Below are positions 36,718-49,933 of a stretch of DNA of 64,000 nucleotides, in pieces (positions within the stretch are counted from its first letter, which is position 1; every line of letters starts with the position of its first letter). The notes below the pieces were generated by a model, which saw only the letters and a list, made by a program, of their open reading frames with translations, had not been told where the DNA came from and did no database searches. A program made the position numbers and the translations under genes. Source of the DNA: Callorhinchus milii. Its lineage: Eukaryota. The stretch spans positions 28,646,001 through 28,710,000 of the forward strand of contig NW_024704742.1 of the NCBI RefSeq assembly GCF_018977255.1, written 5' to 3'.

Positions 36718-37037
36718 AATAATAATAATAATCCTTGTATTTGATATAGCGCTTTTCACGTCGGGAGGACGTCCCAAAGCGCTTCACAGAACACACTGTA
36801 AAGTGAATTGACTGTATATTTGTGGGCGAACGCAGCAGCCAATTGCGCACAGCAATGTCCCACAAACAGCCGTAGATTGAAAATGACCAATTTATTATTG
36901 TTTTTGGTTTTGGAGGGATTATTATTAGGCTCTGTGTGGAGTAAGGAAACTTGCCCAAGGTTTCGCCCTCTGCCTGGAATTGAACTCAGGTCTCTCGATT
37001 CCAAAGGGAGTGCTCAACCACTGAGCTACAGGACTCC
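36718..37037 (-). mobile_element. Full-length young SINE, short subfamily
   Basis: Near-identical to the 57415 and 63301 copies. Confidence 0.92.
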
Positions 37038-40000
37038 ACAAAAATGTATTTTGTATATACCAGTTCCAAATAAAGCTGTCAAATCCACAGCTTCATAGTA
37101 ATTCCCAAATGTTAAAGGTCTTCTGGGTAGACATAAAAGAAACTGTCAGAAGACAAAATGTCACAGAGTGAGGAAAGACTGCCTCTTGTGATAAAACCAT
37201 TTGCAGGCAAAAAAAAATGTCACAACGGAACAATGGTTCATTGCTTGTAACACTCCATCCTGCATCACCGTTTTCAATATTGACAGGTAATCGTACTTAA
37301 AGGTGGAAACAAAATGCAGCTCCTTGTATTAGCTGGATTACAACAGGTAGCAACGTGCAAGTCATGTCACTGTCTGCGCTCCTTGTCAGCTCCGAGCTGT
37401 GGAATGGCAGAACCCATGGCAATGTGATTTCACTTGCAATCCCCAGTGTGTCTGCTCTTAAGAGGGACTCTGACAGCCTATTAAAAGAGTCTCTGCAAGC
37501 CAGAGACTTTTGATGAGAAGCAACAGATAGGTCTACTGTTGTCCCATAGCAAGGATGATTTTGTGTTTGTGTATGTGTGTGTGTGGGAGGGGTTGCAGTT
37601 AATCCAAGAGCTTGAAGATAACTTTCGATTCTAAACAGGCAAGACTGCAGGTTTATTTAATAAGTGGTGAGTGGTTGCTAATCATGCAAAAGTGACCAGG
37701 TTCTGGAAAATGCCTTGTGCATGCTCGCAAATCGATGGGGGAAGAGAACTGGAACACGTGGATATTAAAATAAGTACAGTATCCAAAACCTTCTCGAGGG
37801 AGGGAGTGGAGGGGAGTGGAGGGGAGGGAGGAACAAGCTGCAACTGTGATTGATGGACCACTTTCCACCAGGAGCAAAGTCAGGCACTGTGTGCGTCAGA
37901 AATGGATCAACAGCGCCATCCAGCGTTCCCGAGAGGAACTGGTGGGTGAACTGGTCCCTGAGTGTGACCGCAGAACCGCGCAGCGTCTGCATTTGCCACG
38001 TCCTGAGCCTCGTCTGGCACCAGGTCTGGGGGTGGTGGGGGGTGGGGGGTGGGGGGGATGCTGCAGGCGACGCGCCCAGCTCCTGCTACTGGCTGTGAGT
38101 GACTGACTCCACACTGGGAGTCACACATCATGTCACCTTACATTGATGTACATCATTTATAAATGATAAACCGTATCATTTTTTTATTGCATTTTTTTTT
38201 AAAACAGGAGCAGTGGACAGATGTCGGTGCTGATAACAGTTGCAACACTCAGGAGATGCTGTTGCCTTGCTAAGAAGTCCAGTGCAATTTGTTAATACGT
38301 CGTAAGTGAACGTCAAGCAGGTTGCGGGCTGCACGCATTCATGCACAGTAACTGCTGAATTGCTCACCTCGAATATATCTGGAAATGCTAATAAATTGGA
38401 AACTAGACACTAAACTATCCTTTTTTTTTTGCTTCCTACTACATTATATAAAAGACTTTGATTGGAAAGGTTTTCAATGACATCTTCATCTACAAAACAG
38501 AATCCCCAGAATTCAAAACATTATGTTATTATCTTCCTGCTCCATATTGCGCCCAATACTTTCGCCAACAAAATACACAGTCAATTCACTTTACAGTCTA
38601 TTCTGTGAAGCGCTTTGAGACGACGAGAAGACGTGAAAAGCGCTATATCAAATGCAAGGATTATTATTATTCTGTGAAGCTTTGAGACGTCTCAATGACA
38701 TGATAAGACACTATATCGAATGCAAGGATTATTGTTAGTATTATTATTATTAGATATTGCTTCCAGTTCAGATTCAGTCTTGCAAATGGTGGTAACTCTG
38801 AATTGTTTTCTTAACAAGTCACCCTGCTGCTCAATTAGAAGCCAGTTATCTTCATTCTGTATTTTAGTGTTGAATTGTTATGCTATTTGGTGGTTTATAT
38901 CCTAATGAGAATTAAATGACAGCCCAAGGTCTCATTACTTCCAAATCAGCAGCAGTAATGCAAGTGGTCCTCACGTATACTTCCACAAGAACCAAATTAA
39001 GAGATTCTTTAAAGAGCCAGTTTCAACAACTTCGGTATCTTTCATTATCAAACAAATTGCACAGAATTACAATGACATGCAATTAATTTCTATTCATTGT
39101 AATTTATGAAATTATAAATGACTTGAAATATTTATTTGGATTTGTTTTGCCTTGCTGAGCACAGCACAAGTTGGGGGTAATTTGGGCACTGTGTTAACGG
39201 GGGTAATTTTGAAGTCCATTAAAAAATAAACTGTGTCTTATATCTACATGTTCAAGAAACATGGGATAAGATGCATATTTGTGCGTCACTGTGTGATAAA
39301 GTTAATGTCCTGGAGCACTAACATGTGGTCTTTTAACGAGCACTTAATGAACTGAGTTACGCTCTTTCCATTAAAACGTGTCACTAATCAGTTACAGAGT
39401 TATTCATTATGTTTTTAGCAACCAGTTCAACTTTGGAATCATTTCCCTCCACCCCCACCCCACCACACCCTATGAAACCCAGGATGTTAGAGAGAAACGG
39501 AACCACATGAAATGCTTTAGTTGTAAATTTTTGAGAAAATCAGACCAGTAAATTGCTCCTGTTTGATTGTCTGCTGACAAATGTTCAATCTGATTTTCAC
39601 GACCCATCTGTGGAGCTCAGTGATTACTAAGGAGGCTGAGATCTGTCTGGTTGGAAATGGTGTTGCGCTGAATGTGCATCTCTCAGGGGAAAATGATCCC
39701 AGAGGAGTTGTCTTACCCTCATTCTGGCTTTGCAAATGCCAAATGAGGGAGAGTAAATGAAATAATACATAAATTGATCTAAAACCCAATGAACCATACT
39801 GATTCACTCTTCCCTCAACTCAACCATCTATCCAATTATAATAACACGAGGAAAGGAAGTTGTAGTGACCCATACACAAAAACTTGTGTCTGTCTTGGGA
39901 ATTAGAAGTTTACATATGAACATAAGAAAAAGAGCCATTTAGCCTGTCAAGCCTGTTCCACCAGTTTATTTGACCATGGCAGATATTTTAATCCATTACC

Positions 40001-41826
40001 CTGTCTTTTCTCTCTCTCCCTTAAAACCCATACTTCCCAAGTATCTATCTCCCGTTTAAACATCTCCTCTGATTTTTCTTCTTAGGCCTCCTGAGGTCAT
40101 GCATTCCACATTTTCATCAACCTTTGTGTAAAGAAATGTTTTCTGATACCACTTCTCCCAATCCAAGCTCTCATTTTAAGATTACGACCCTTGTTTTGGA
40201 TGTCAGATAATGTTGGATCATCTAGTGAACAAAATTGCTGAGTTAGAGTTTGTTTAGAGTGAGGGAATGGAACCCCATCCTGTTCAGGTATGTTAGTCTG
40301 TTTTCTGTTGGGGCCTCAGATGGGGCCTCGGTATCAGATGAGTGCAAAAAGTATTCTGTTTTCACAGCAGCATAAAATGCTGCCATCTCTGTACTTGTCT
40401 CTTTGGGTCCCTGTGGAAACCCCCTGGCACTCCTCAGCAAACTATCCACAGATGGTTGGCTACAGGACACTTGGACTGATGACACCAGGTCTCCGGAAGG
40501 AAATCTAAAGAAAACCGCCGCATGGAAACTCAGTCCTGCTGTGCCATGGGCAAAGTGGTGCTGACCACTGAGAATACCCTCAGGTCCTCTCCTACCATAT
40601 GAAACAGCTTAGCAATTGTCTCACGGAAAGATCTCAGCCTTCGCTGACAGAAATCATCGATGTGGTCCAGATGTAACATATTTCCAAATGAGAAAAGACA
40701 TTTCACACATTCGCTGTATTCTGCAAAGAAACCGATATTTGTCTCACTTTCCATTTACTGTATGTCGTGCCATTAACATAAAATAATATCTGAAAGTAAT
40801 CCACCGCACTGCTCCAGGATGTTCCTATTCTTTTCTATATAGTCTCAAGGTCTTTCAGAGGAGTTCTGGTCCAATGTGTGCCACTGAGGCTCAGACAGTT
40901 CCTGATTGAAAGTATAACCCTGATCAATTCCTTTGAGTGGCAGATCCTCACAACCCTCTCTACCTAGTACTTTGCAAATCTGTGAATAGAAGAAAGCGAT
41001 CTATCTTTACAAGACAGACAATGATAAATTATGGCACTTTAGTGCAAAAGTATTCTGTTTTACCTTCTCCTTTACTATGCTAAATATTTGGAAGCTGCAT
41101 GGGAGTAAAAAATATAATGTTTAAAAATGTATTATTTGATATGAAATGCTGCATTTTATCAATATGTTAACTCTTTTTTTTTAATGGTGACCAGAATTGC
41201 TATGACTGGAAATTTGTTTATAAAATTGTGTTACTTCAATATTCGCCTACACCAGGGAGCATTCTAGGTAGGGCATTTCACATGCTAACAACTCACATGT
41301 TAAAAATATTTATTCTAATCACTTTCTTTGAACCTTGTCAGAATTTGCGTTGAGCCACTGATGAGAACTTCGCTCAGGAAGTAATTGCACTGGCGTGGAG
41401 TTCCCATGGCTCAGAGTGACATATTTCAAGTAAATGGTCACCATTCGCATGACTTGGTTTCACTGCTAACTATTGTGCAAATTAGACTTTCAGGATACAG
41501 CAAAGCTAAACGTGTTCGTATGTAAATCAGTTTAAATATCTTGTAACATTTCATGATTCTTTAAACAAAAAACATCTCTATATTCTCTTCTGCCTCCATT
41601 GCAGCTTTCAATACCTTTCCTTATTTCTATGTGCAACATTCAGTGTATTGCTTTTGATCCATCAAATACTAGACATAGATTTAATGTAGTTACCAGAAGA
41701 GCAAAAAAAGAAATTAGGAGAAACATTTTTACACAGAATATTGTTAGGACATGGAATGCCCTACCTAGAATGCTTGTTGTTGTGCGAAATTAGATAAGTG
41801 ACTGAAAAGGAGAAATACATTAAAAA

Positions 41827-42031
41827 CAGTCAAACCTGTTCAAGCAACCACCTCCATTCTGCAACCACCCCATGTTACCAACTGCCCTGGAACAGCCCGG
41901 TTCATATATAAGCAAATGTTTACTCAGAGACCAGCCTTATATATATATATATAAGCAAACCTCATAACATATATAAGCAAACCTTTACTCAGAGACCAGA
42001 GACTAGCGGTTGTTGAAGCCAGGTTTGATTG
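41827..42031. mobile_element. Tigger/pogo-like (Tc1-mariner superfamily) MITE, ~205 bp
   Basis: Terminal inverted repeats CAGTCAAACCTGTTCAAGCAACC and GGTTGTTGAAGCCAGGTTTGATTG, with TA on the right flank; internal duplications. Confidence 0.7.
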
Positions 42032-43499
42032 TAATAATATTCCTTATATTTGGTTCAGTGCCTTTCACTTCAGCAAAAAGTCTCAAAGCGCTTCACAAGA
42101 TACGCTTGAAATGAAGTGACTGTGTTTTGTGGGAAAGACACATGAATGGGGTAACTTTCAGAGAGCCAGCACACCACATTGGCCTGAATTTCCTTCTCTA
42201 TCCTGAAAAGTTACCTGTTTCCATAGTTGCTCTGGAAAACTGTTAAAGTTTCCGAAATATTAAGTTCCACGTGGGATTCTTTTAACCTGTGGTTTCAACT
42301 ATCATTGATACAATCATGTAGAGGGTGATAGTCCAACAGATAAATTATTTCCTCCACAAAACTATTACACTTGAATCCATTTCCAATGAGTGTGTTTGGC
42401 ATAGTGCACCAAGGTAATATGACGCAAGGAAGTTCATTATACATATTACACCTTGCAGCAGGTTTGGAGAGAATCATCAGCACGATAACATAACTCGTCT
42501 GTGTGTATTAGTATGCTGTGACACATGTTTGCCCATAAAATAAAGTCACTACGTTTCACAGTAAATTCTGCATAGTGCGTTAAGATGTCCTCCAGACACG
42601 AAAGGTAATATGTAAAAATCCAAGGACTATTATTGTTATTAATAAAAAAAGTTAATCAGGGAATCTTGTCAGATTTGAAAAATTGGCGATTCAAATTGTT
42701 TTGGATTTTGTATGTCAGCGTTGTTAAGATCTCATCCAAGTGGGAATTTCAACACTGGTATACTGTGCCATGTAACAAACAGTTCAGAATGTGCAGGGTG
42801 GCTCCAGTTAATTAGATCTAAGAATTACCCATTTCATGCTTTTGATCCATGGGTGCTAAACAGTGCGAAACCAAGATCGAAATCTGAAAAGTACTGTTAA
42901 TAGCACACAAAAATATATCAACACTTGGACTGCCATTTCCTAAATGGTTGTTAACTAGACGTAAAATCTGAATGTGGTCCCGTTGCTTCTCCCATATTTC
43001 AGCAAGTCTCCACACTCAGCAGGGAGCTTCTCAGTTGTTGCCACATACAAGATCTGTCATTGAGCGGCTCTACGGGGAATAACATTGATCGACATTCTTT
43101 CCGGCCCTGGATGTCAATCTGGAACCATGCAAGCTGGTAAATGTCAGTACTTTCTGGCTGAGCCCGACAATGTAAGGGGTTGAATTAATATGAGCACAGA
43201 TATGGTTTCAGCCCTGAAAAAATTGCCACTTAACATACTTTTAAATTGTCTTAAAATTTCCTAGATGGAATTTTTTCACTATAGAGTGAATGCTATATGC
43301 TGGGAATTGAGGGGATGTAATTTTCAATGCCACTGCCTCCCTGGGAAGCCCTGGACAGATTGATGAAAATGCTGGTGAGGCAGAGAGTGAAGCTCAGCAG
43401 GTTCCCTAGTAACAATATGCACCTGTGTAATTCTATGGCCTCCTAATAGCGGAAACATTTTCTGCAGTCAAATTCGCAGTTAATGCATGACCTTATTTT

Positions 43500-43911
43500 T
43501 CCTGCCACTTCCCCCTCTCCTCGCCCACAGGCACTGACTCATCCTTCTGTACAGCTCCACAGGCCCTGACAGCCCTTCAGTATCAGACCCAAGTGTGAAC
43601 GCAGACAGTACGTGGCAGCAAGCTCGGTGGCTGTGGGTGGCATCACAGCTAAGCACTATCTTGTTTTCTCCTGCCACCTGAGCAGAAGCATTTTCCACCA
43701 AAAGTCATTGGGCAGCCTTCAGGAGNAAAAAACCCTATCTGGTTTTCCCTTCCCTTGTCCAGGGATACTTAGGTGAATTGTAGCACCTCTCCCGCAGCCT
43801 GGCTGAAAATAGCTAACTCAGCATAGACAAAATAATTGAATATGGACCTTTTTTGCATGGCAACGTTCAGTATCAAATTGGAAGACGCATTTACCAACTG
43901 AGCTACTGGGG
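43500..43911 (-). mobile_element. LF-SINE-like element, near full length (contains a single N at 43726)
   Basis: The minus strand reads gctcagttggtaaatgc...tgctgagttagctattttcagccagg...ggtgctacaatt...gggaagggaaaacc...ctcctga...gctgtgatgcc...gtggagctgtac...gagtcagtgcct, colinear with the recalled LF-SINE consensus. Confidence 0.75.
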
Positions 43912-46225
43912 AAAGCTTGATAATACTTCCAGGTTTTTTTTTATCAGCTTTTAAGCATTTTGAAAACTTTTGTGATTATAAATCTACCCCACCACCCTCA
44001 CAACCATTACAACCAGCATCAATTTACAAGGTTTTCTGTAACAATACAAATTGACTGACAGCCTTTGACTTTAAGCACCACATCTTTAGTTTTGGCTGAG
44101 AAATTACTAGAAATGCAGCAAAAGGTATCACAGCGTTTCCGATTATGACCGACAACTGCCAAATGCTAACACTGTTTCTTGAAAAGTAAGAGTCAGAAGG
44201 TTGTGGGTTCAGGTCCCTACGTCAGGACTTAGAACACATAGAATCTAAGATGACACCCCGATGCGGTGCTGGGTGTATGCAGCTTTGTCAGAGGTGCTGT
44301 CCTTTGGATGAAACTGAGATCCCATCTGCCTGTTCAGGCGAATGTTAAAGATTACAGGTTTGGCAACTCTTCAAAGTTTCTACCAGGGGAGATAGAGATC
44401 ACCCCTTGGAGCCCAGTGAACTGCTCCTAAGTGCACACTGAGCTTCAGTTGAACAGGATTTCTGTATGTGCATAACTACATAACTCATGTTTCATTATCT
44501 ACTTACCTTATAATACTATCAGCACATTTTAAAAATAAATTCCAACAATGAAAACCTAGCACATTCTAAAATTGAAAATAAAATGTTAAAACTACCTGCA
44601 AACAACCCTGGCAAATTGATATTGCTTCAGTGAACTATGTGAGGCAATATAAATGTGTTTCCATTTATGATTAGTTTACAAACTATTTACTTGTTAAAGT
44701 TTGGCAGAAAACATCAGTGTTAAGAAGGTTGGTGTGTTATCATTTACCAGTGCATTGCACCGATACCTTTCCACCTGTAATTTACTCACAGGTGAGCTTT
44801 AGAATTCAGATGTCTCATTAGGCAGATGTTGAGTGTTCTCCCACAAGGAGAATAGCTGCATTCAGTGCAGTTACTCTAAGCTGGTTACTGAGAATCTTAG
44901 AATACGTTGCACAGAGGACACAGGTTTAGTCTTGCAAGGGCAATTTGAGGTTAGAGAGCAGGACTATTTCTTCAGAGGATAATTAATGACTGGAACATGT
45001 TACCAGGAAGGGTGGTTGAAGCCAGACCACTGGACTCCTTTTTAAAAAAAGTATGATTCTGTACTGGGAGGACAGTAGAGTGAGTATTCTCTAGACGTGA
45101 GATCAAATGGGACAATGGTCCTTCTTCATCCAAACCTCTCTTGTGATCTTGGGATCCAATGTCTCAGATGGGGGATTGTTTTTATGCTCAGGAGACCTGG
45201 ACAGCAAGTAAAAAGCATTTGGGTGAATAGAATTTTTTCCTGCTTCAATCCAGTGCTGCCCATTGTTAAACTGTTAAAGAAGCCTATCGAAAAGCATTTT
45301 CCAGCATGCTGTGCAAGTTTCCTAACTATGTTTAAAATGTTCATTTCTTGCAAGAATACTGGATCATTAGAGCGCAAGAAAGCTTCATTCTTTTAACAGG
45401 TACATCCACTGTGTTTAGGAAATATCATCTAAATGAGAAAAAAACTTTCCAGAAGCAAAACTTGCCAGAAGCAAAATGTATTCTTTGATCTTCCCAGCAA
45501 AGTAATTAATTCAATTAAAAAGTAGAAATTTAAATCGTAGAATAAATAATGAAAAATGATATTATTAAAACATTGAAAGGGTTATCAAGAAAGTGATCGT
45601 CAAGAGGTCCTATGGTAAAGTTTTCATATTTTTCACTTCCAAATGCCTGTGACATTTCATTCATTTCCAGAAAGAGCAGATATTTTGCATATTCATAGAA
45701 TTTAACTGTGTCATGATAACACTGTGTGATGCTTGTTAAGCGGACATAATGTTTTTCATTCTCTGCTGCCTTGATCCAAAAAAATTGCAGGCTATAGAGA
45801 ACATTTGGACATGTTAAACTAAAAATATCCTTCCAAAGAATAATACAGAACAGGTTGAGAAATCACTGTGCTATAATATCTGCTAATAATGTAAATGAGA
45901 GGAGGAGAAATGATTGAAAAGAATCTGCGAGGCGAATACAAATGTAAGCTATTTACTTCGGAAGGAGAGAACTGGAAAAAAGGTCTCCAGGTGCCAGATT
46001 CGATTGGGAGAGAAGTAGACAAGAAAATCTAGGGCTTTGTGTTGCTCAGGAGCTAATGTTAGTGGACACAGCAAGGTTCATAAATTGGGACAGAGTGCTG
46101 GGGAATTATTTTGATCAATGTTTTCTTACTCTGGTTCGTATTCCTAGGCCTGCAAAACCTGGTATAAAAATAATAATAGGAACAGCAAAAACAGATCAAC
46201 AACAACTTAAATGTACATAGTATCT

Positions 46226-46495
46226 TTCCAGGCAGGGCGAAACCTTGGGCAAGTTTCCTTACTCCACACGCCTAATAATAATCCCTCCAAAAAACCAAAA
46301 ACAATAATTAAATTGGTCATTTTCAATCTACGACTGTTTGTGGGACATTGCTATGCGCAATTGGCTGCCGCGTTCGCCCACAAATATACAGTCAATTCAC
46401 TTTACAGTGTGTTCTGTGAAGCGCTTTGGGACGTCCTCCTGACGTGAAAAGCGCTATATCAAATGCAAGGATTATTATTATTATTATTATTATTA
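46226..46495 (+). mobile_element. Young SINE, short subfamily, 5'-truncated
   Basis: Starts at ttccaggcagggcgaaacc and ends in a long (ATT)n tail. Confidence 0.9.
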
Positions 46496-48819
46496 AGGGG
46501 GAGAATGTCTCAAAATGTTTCCCACAAGGGATGGGGAGCCAATGGAGCTGCGTGAGGATGGGGCTAATCGATTTGTTGGTTCTGGAATGGAGGGAAGAGG
46601 AGAGTTGGGACTGTGGTCACCAAATTATCTTGTTGAATTCTTGTTACATGCTATTCAGTAAATAGTTGCCCATATTTGTTTGCTCAGCCGAAAAGCCACA
46701 TTGACAGTGGTTTTGGTCACGTTAGGTCAGACTTGGTGTTAGTATGTTATTGATGGTGAATGTCATAAAGCGGCAGGAGGGCTAGAAGTGAGCTACTTGG
46801 AGAAGCTTGCTGCCAATGTCTTTGCATGTAGCAGCATTGGCAGAACTATAGATTGAGACTTTATTGTGGATCATTTATTTTCTATATTGGATGTTTCCAG
46901 ATAGATATGCCCAAAGTGGTCCCGCCTGCTCTTCTGGTAGTTTTTCTCTGTGATTAGATATAGAAAGGGATGTGTAGGTGTGTTTGCTGCCTGATATTGG
47001 AATCTAATTTACAATATTAACAAACCAGATTTGGTGCTCTTGCAACAAAGTTCTGTCAAGAAAATCGATAGCCGTCCAATTATTATAATAATAATAATCC
47101 CGGCATTTGTTATAATACCTTATCACAGAATATATTGTAAAGTGAATTGACTGCGTATTTGTGTGTAAAATTAAGAACAATATTCAGAGGACAACTAATT
47201 GTGAATTCTGAAGGCTGGTAAAGTGTGAATAAAGGCCACACATTGGGGATGACGTCTCCTCTCAGATTGATGCTGACAGCGATCCTATACTGACTGCACA
47301 ACACACAGGAGCCTGATGTGAAAATCAAGTGTCTCACATTCTTCTGCAAAATATCAGCACGCCTCCCTCTGCAGCTGGATTTATAATAAGAATAAGAATA
47401 ATATAATGGTAGGTGTTCATGTGGCGTCAAGAGCACAAAGGATGGTAAAACACACTTTTCTAAGTTCGGAGTCATACAGTATTACAGAGTTTCTAGTAAA
47501 AATGCTATTTTTTCTAAGAAATTCCAAAGTGGTGTTATTGAAGTGGCAGTGTGGCCTGTCACTTGTCACTGAGCAGATCACTTTATCATCTAGCTGTTAT
47601 ACAGACAGGGAGAATGTCTCTTGAATTCCAAGAGTTGGTCATAGAGTCCAAACTCTCAAGGAATTTGAATGAAAGCCTTGATTCAGACTATTCCAATAGC
47701 TTTATTGCACCATCTTGTCAAACTCTGATTGCAATAACACTTTAATGCTATTTTATGAGCAAATGTGCTTCTGTGAACTCTTCCCTGGAGGAGCACCATT
47801 CAAGAAACTTGTTTTTGAAAAAATTAATCTTCCATTCTTCGTTCCGGAGACAGGAAAACTTAAAAGAGCATTTTACAAGAAGTGAAACAGGCAATCCCAT
47901 TGATAGCTGGTAATAAATCCCTTGCTGTAGATAGGCTAAATGCTGAGTTCTTTATATCTGTGCTGACACAGATAAACCCACTTTTGTTGGAGGTTTTCAA
48001 TCATGCCGTCAAATGAGTCAAGATCCCTACAGCTATGAATCTTGTACTTATCACTTGTATGCAGCAGAAAGCTAAGAATTGTATTTGTGAGTTCATATAG
48101 GCCCATAGGCTTAATCGATAAAGATTTCCAAATATTGGGTGAACTGTTATTCCCCCCCGACTGCAATATCTTTCTGTGCATAGTGAAATGCGTAGTGAAA
48201 CCTGTCTGGTAGATCAGACTACATGTCTGAAACCTTCAATTAATGCCAGTACCAACAATACATTAAAGCGAAAGGAAACTCCAAAGGGAATATTTTGCAT
48301 TCAAAGAGCTCTCTCATCTCTAACAGAAAGAAATAATTCTAAGTACAGGCAGCTTTATTTTAATTCCCTTGAATGGTGGAGACCCACCATTCCTGGTCTT
48401 GTCTGTTCCACTGATGTCAACAATGGGATGGCCCTGGAATGATTGTTTATTTCAATCAAGTAGTCCAGGCCTTTGTAATTAATTTCTCTTTGACCGAGCC
48501 TTCAGCTCCCCTCTCGACTCTCTTCCCCCTTCTCGCTCCCTCCCATCCCTCCCCTCACCCTGACCATTTCCCCCCTCCTCGCTCCCTCCCCTCACCCTGA
48601 CCATTTCCCCCATGCTCGGGTCATGACCCAACTGTGCAGCGCCTTGGGACGTCCTCCTGACGTGAAAGGCGCTTTATAAATGGAATCTTGTTGTTGTATC
48701 TTGTTGTAAAGACTAACCATCAATAATGCATGGGTTAAAGGTGTTGGTGTATATTGGTGTTTTGATTCCTAATTTGGATGATTTTATCATTGTTATGCAA
48801 TTGGCAGGATGAAATCTTA

Positions 48820-49112
48820 GGCATGTTTCCATACTCCACACACCTGTTTACCTCGTAGTAAGTAGGAACCTGGTTGTTAGTTGATTGGCATATCACTTTT
48901 GGGGGTAATAATCCCTTCAAACAATAATAATAATAATCATAACAATTTGGTCACTCAATCCAAGACTGTTTGTGGAACACTGCTGGGCTCAATTGGCTGC
49001 CGCATTTTGCCCACAAAATTTACAGTCAATTCACTTTCCAGTATATTCTGTGAAGTGCATTGGGATGCCTCAACAATGTGATAAAGCGCAATATCAAATG
49101 CAAGGATAATAA
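48820..49112 (+). mobile_element. Diverged SINE, long subfamily, 5'-truncated
   Basis: ctgtttacctcgtagtaagtaggaacc...atcaaatgcaaggataat. Confidence 0.82.
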
Positions 49113-49629
49113 TAATCCTATTATTGGCTAGTATCAGTGATAGCGTATTGGAGGGCAACATTTGGTTACTGTTATTATTACTATTTTTCCAGGAAGGTTT
49201 TTTTTACTTGTCGTGTGCCCATTCTTTTACAACATCTTTTAGAATGTACTTTGCAAGCGTAGAATCATGGCCGTGACAGCAATGTATTACAAAGGAAACT
49301 TTTCTCTGTTCTGCTAAGATTGGCTCTTATTGTTGAGTTTTGTTGCTCTTCTGTTCCATAATGCAGGTGGAACATTTTGACAAGCACGGCTTTGTAATGA
49401 AATGACTTAGGTACAAATTGTAGCTAATACTAAAAATAAAGGATCAGTTAAGAAGAAAATAAAAAGAGGAATATTATAGCTGTTAAATTGGAGAAAAGAG
49501 CAGGGACTATCAGAAAGATGAGGTTGGTTCAAATATGATGGACTCAGATCTAAACGAGCTAACAACAATAATAATAATAATAATTGTTGCATTTGTTATA
49601 GCGCCTTATCATGCCATTAAACATTACGT

Positions 49630-49933
49630 GGAGTCCTGTAGCTCAGTGATTAGAGCACTCGCCTCACAAGCAATATATCTGGGTTTGATTCCCGGCAGAG
49701 TGAAACCTTGGGCAAGTTTCCTTACTCCACACGCCTGATAATAATCGCTAAAGAAAAAAATAATAAATTGGTCACTTCAATCCGTGACTGTTTGTGGGAC
49801 ACTGCTGTGCGCAATTGGCTGCCGTGTTTCGCCCACAAATATATAGTCAATTTATTTTATAATATATTCTTTGAAGTGCTTTGAGACATCTGGAAGACAT
49901 GAAAACTGCTATATCAAATGTAAGGATTATTAT
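49630..49933 (+). mobile_element. Full-length SINE, short subfamily
   Basis: Head ggagtcctgtagctcagtg through tail atcaaatgtaaggattatt. Confidence 0.9.

Noticed and set aside
40240..40900. Unique-looking stretch with 72-80 aa ORFs (e.g. 40530-40754)
   Set aside because: No recognisable homology or exon structure; cannot be supported without a database search.
43726..43726. Single N base
   Set aside because: Sequence ambiguity; the LF-SINE is colinear across it, so it is not a biological feature.
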